46,847 bases of DNA from the NCBI GenBank assembly GCA_003990765.1, contig RBNJ01000052.1, positions 1-46,847 on the forward strand, in the 5' to 3' direction. Position numbers and translations under genes: made by a program. Each line of letters opens with the position of its first letter. Within the stretch, counting starts at the first letter, position 1. The notes below the pieces were generated by a model that saw nothing but the letters and a program-made list of their open reading frames with translations, was not told the DNA's origin and made no database searches. Positions 44,101 to 46,847 of this stretch are shown one piece after another. Origin of the DNA: Jimgerdemannia flammicorona (lineage: Eukaryota).

Positions 44101-46847
44101 GGACAGAGGATGTTCAGGAGAAGGTTCCTCTCTAGAGGCATGAGGGTCTGTCTGTGGATGTCCATTGGATGAGATTGAAAGAGGCTACAAAGGCCTATTG
44201 GGAAGGAGCTGGTAGAGAGACTGGGAGGTGGAGGAGGAAGCATATCTGGTGTGCTTCTAATAGGCTGATGAGATTGCAGATAGAATGGGCTGATTTACTT
44301 AACTCTGATGGAGTGGAGGACTGGAGGTTTGAGCAAGCTAGATTGGAGATAGTGGAACTACAGTAGGTGTTGCATGAGGAGGAGGAGACTTATATGTAAG
44401 AGATGGCTGCCAGGCTATGGTGGCAGGGGTTAGAGGAGGGAGAGAGGCCCACTCAGTACTTGTCTAGGCTTCTTAAAGCTTAGAGAGTATGACATCAGAG
44501 GAATAGGGTCCTTGATGCTGAGGAGGAGCTGGTGCATGTTATGTAACAGATCTTGGGAGTACAGAAGGAGTGATGGCGGGGTCTATGGAGTGAAGAAGAA
44601 GGGAGTGCTGATACAGAGGTGATTGAAGACATGTTAGAGGAGTGGGACCTGCCACAGATAGAGGGCCTAGGTGACTTGATCTTACTAGTCCAGGAGGAGG
44701 AGATCCAGAGGGTTCTTGTGGCTACTAAGCTTGGGACTATACCTGGGGAGGATGGACTACCTTGGGACTTCTGGAAGAAGATGGTGAAAATCCTGGGAAT
44801 GCTGGGAGAGATGGCTGCCCTCTGTGACCATGTTCTTCTGTATGGTGAGTGGATTAGAGAGCAGGACTTGGGGTTGGTGGCCTTATTATACAAAGACAAA
44901 GGCAGGTGAGAGGACTGGAAGAATTGGAGGCCAATCATGCTTTTGGATATAGACTGGAAGTTGGTGATGAAAGTGATTGTTGCAAGACTGCAGAAGGTTG
45001 CTCAACAGGTGCTGAGTGAGGAGCAGTGGGGTTTTGTGGGAGGCTGGCTTATCAGAGATGAGACTGCCTGGGTGCATGGTATCATTAAAGGGGCTCAGGC
45101 CAGTGGGCTAGATGGTAGGCTGGTCTTTTTGGACCAGAAGAAGGCCTATGACCATGTTCGAAGAGTATGGCTGGATAAGGTACTGGACAGAATTGGTGTC
45201 CTACTGCAGTTTCGGGCCTCTATGTTGAGTTTGTTGGAGGGTAGTAGGGTGGTGCTGATGTGCAATGATCATAAGGGTTTGGTGTTCTCCTTGGGGAGAG
45301 GAGTTCCTCAAGGAGACCCACTGTCCACTATTCTGTATGCCCTTTCACTTGAACCTTTGAAGGATCAGATCCATTGAAAGGTGGCTGAGCTCTCAGTGTA
45401 TGGTATAGTATGGAAGGTAGGGGCCTTTGCAGATGATATAGTAGTTGGGCTTAGATCAGTAGCAGATGTCAAGGTGATTACAGATATAGTAGAATGGTAT
45501 GAGGCAGACTCTGGGGTGAAGCTCAACAGGCATAAGTGTGAGACATTGGTGTTGGGGAATAGGTTGGTGTGAGGGGATATCATTGGAACAATGTCTCCAC
45601 AGGAGAGGTGGTGCAGTATCTTAGTATCTTTCTTTCTGTATATGGATCAGTCTTGCCATGGGTGTGGTGGAAGAGGAAGGTAGTTACTTGGGGGGAGGCT
45701 CTGAGGGATTGGGGGGGGTCGTCACATCTCTCTGGTAGCACAGGTGACAATCCTGAATGTATACTAGTTCCCCAAGCTGTGGTATGTGGCATATCACTTA
45801 GACTTTCCAGCCTAGGTGGTAAAGAGGCTGATGAAGCTGACTTGGGATTGGATTTGGGCAGAAAGATGGTTGCAGATTAGTTGGGATACTCTTATAGAGC
45901 CAGTGACTAGGGGAGGCCTAGGTCTTGTGGATTTCCCTAGGAGACTATACTGTCTATAAGCTTAGTGGTTGAAGAGGACAGTTGAACTAAGAGGAGGAGG
46001 TTGGGTTCTGCTGATGCAGAAGGTGTGGGAGATGAGGTTCTCACTCTGGGAGTCCTCAGGAGACTTGCTCTCTCTGGTGGAGCTGAATGGAAGCCAACAG
46101 CTATGGTATAAGAACTTCTGGTGGGGGGTATTGGATGGAGTACACTAGATAGGCCTGCACTGGCAAGGTAATGAGGGGGAGGAGGTGTGGGGCCCTGCTA
46201 TATGGTAATGGGACCAACTGTTGCTAGGGGGGGTTCCACTTGCTGAGTTTGATATTAGTGATAGAGTGGAGTATCAGTGGAGACTTGGCCAGGATCTTTG
46301 GCTGAGCAGTTGGCAGATGGTGGGGATTGGTGAGGAGTGGGACTGGGCGGAAATCTGGTGGCTGGTAGATGATTAGATTGTGAGGAGTGTTATAATGTAG
46401 GGCAATATGTAGGCTGTGTACAGATGCCAGAACATTGGCTGAGAGAGTGTGAGGTTTTGGGGGACTTTTGGGTAGCTATAGAATATATGCTGGTGTAGAA
46501 AAGAGGTCAGATAGTGAGCAAGGTCAATGGGAGGATTTGAAATCTAGACTGGTAGGGGGAGTTGGCAATGGGTGGCTCACTGTAGGGTGGGTGATTGCAG
46601 TGTAGGTAGGGTTGGCTGGACATTGGCTATTTGTTTTTGAGGAAGGGCAACAGATGGGGTTACAGGAGAAGTTAGTAAGGTGAGAGGATTTGATGAGTGA
46701 TCTTCTTACTGAGTGATGGGTTGGGTGAATTCCCCAGAGTAGGCAACATTACCATCTGATAGAAGGGATCTGTAGTGAGAGTGATGGGAGGGTGGAGATG
46801 GTGGCTGACAAAGTGGTCTTCTATCGAGAGAGAGTGTGGGGGGGGGG
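41170..46847 (+). mobile_element. L1/Tx1-clade LINE C, decayed, inserted in Gypsy integrase; runs off the window just before its 3' end
   Basis: 5' CTTTCTCTGCTACAATTCACAT. ORF2 MNNITNIFSLNVNGL at 43316. Motifs GDFN, RIDW, SDH, PGEDGLPWDFWKK, NWRPIMLL, FLDQKKAYD, GVPQGDPLS, AFADD. Confidence 0.93.

Overview
This window is the left end of a eukaryotic chromosome. The TTAGGG telomere, short GT-AG introns and the gene family present suggest a fungus, possibly Mucoromycota (inference). It opens with a (CCCTAA)n telomere (1-139). Next comes a ~17.8 kb head-to-tail array of four copies of one non-LTR retrotransposon (241-17997). The element has ORF1 (Zn ribbon, coiled coil, RRM-like) and ORF2 (APE endonuclease, RT, Cys/His tail), overlapping at ATGA. 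Every copy points its 5' end toward the chromosome tip, lacks a poly(A) tail, ends in AAGCCT(A/T)A, and is joined to the next sequence by only 1-3 telomeric repeats. The copies become more decayed inward. The array starts at a chromosome break inside an L1/Tx1-clade LINE that was apparently healed on an AGGG seed (18004-18007). The oldest copy carries a U6 snRNA retrocopy (16-bp TSD) and a non-autonomous L1-type poly(A) retroposon built around a 9-bp minisatellite (17-bp TSD). Further inward are decayed, nested elements: PIF/Harbinger, Copia, Gypsy, two more L1/Tx1 LINEs and two hAT-type MITEs. One CpG-retaining island holds an apparently intact 11-exon gene (23183-25956, minus strand) for a PD-(D/E)xK restriction-endonuclease-fold, Crinkler-REase-like protein. 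All calls were made by eye from the sequence; no database searches were run.
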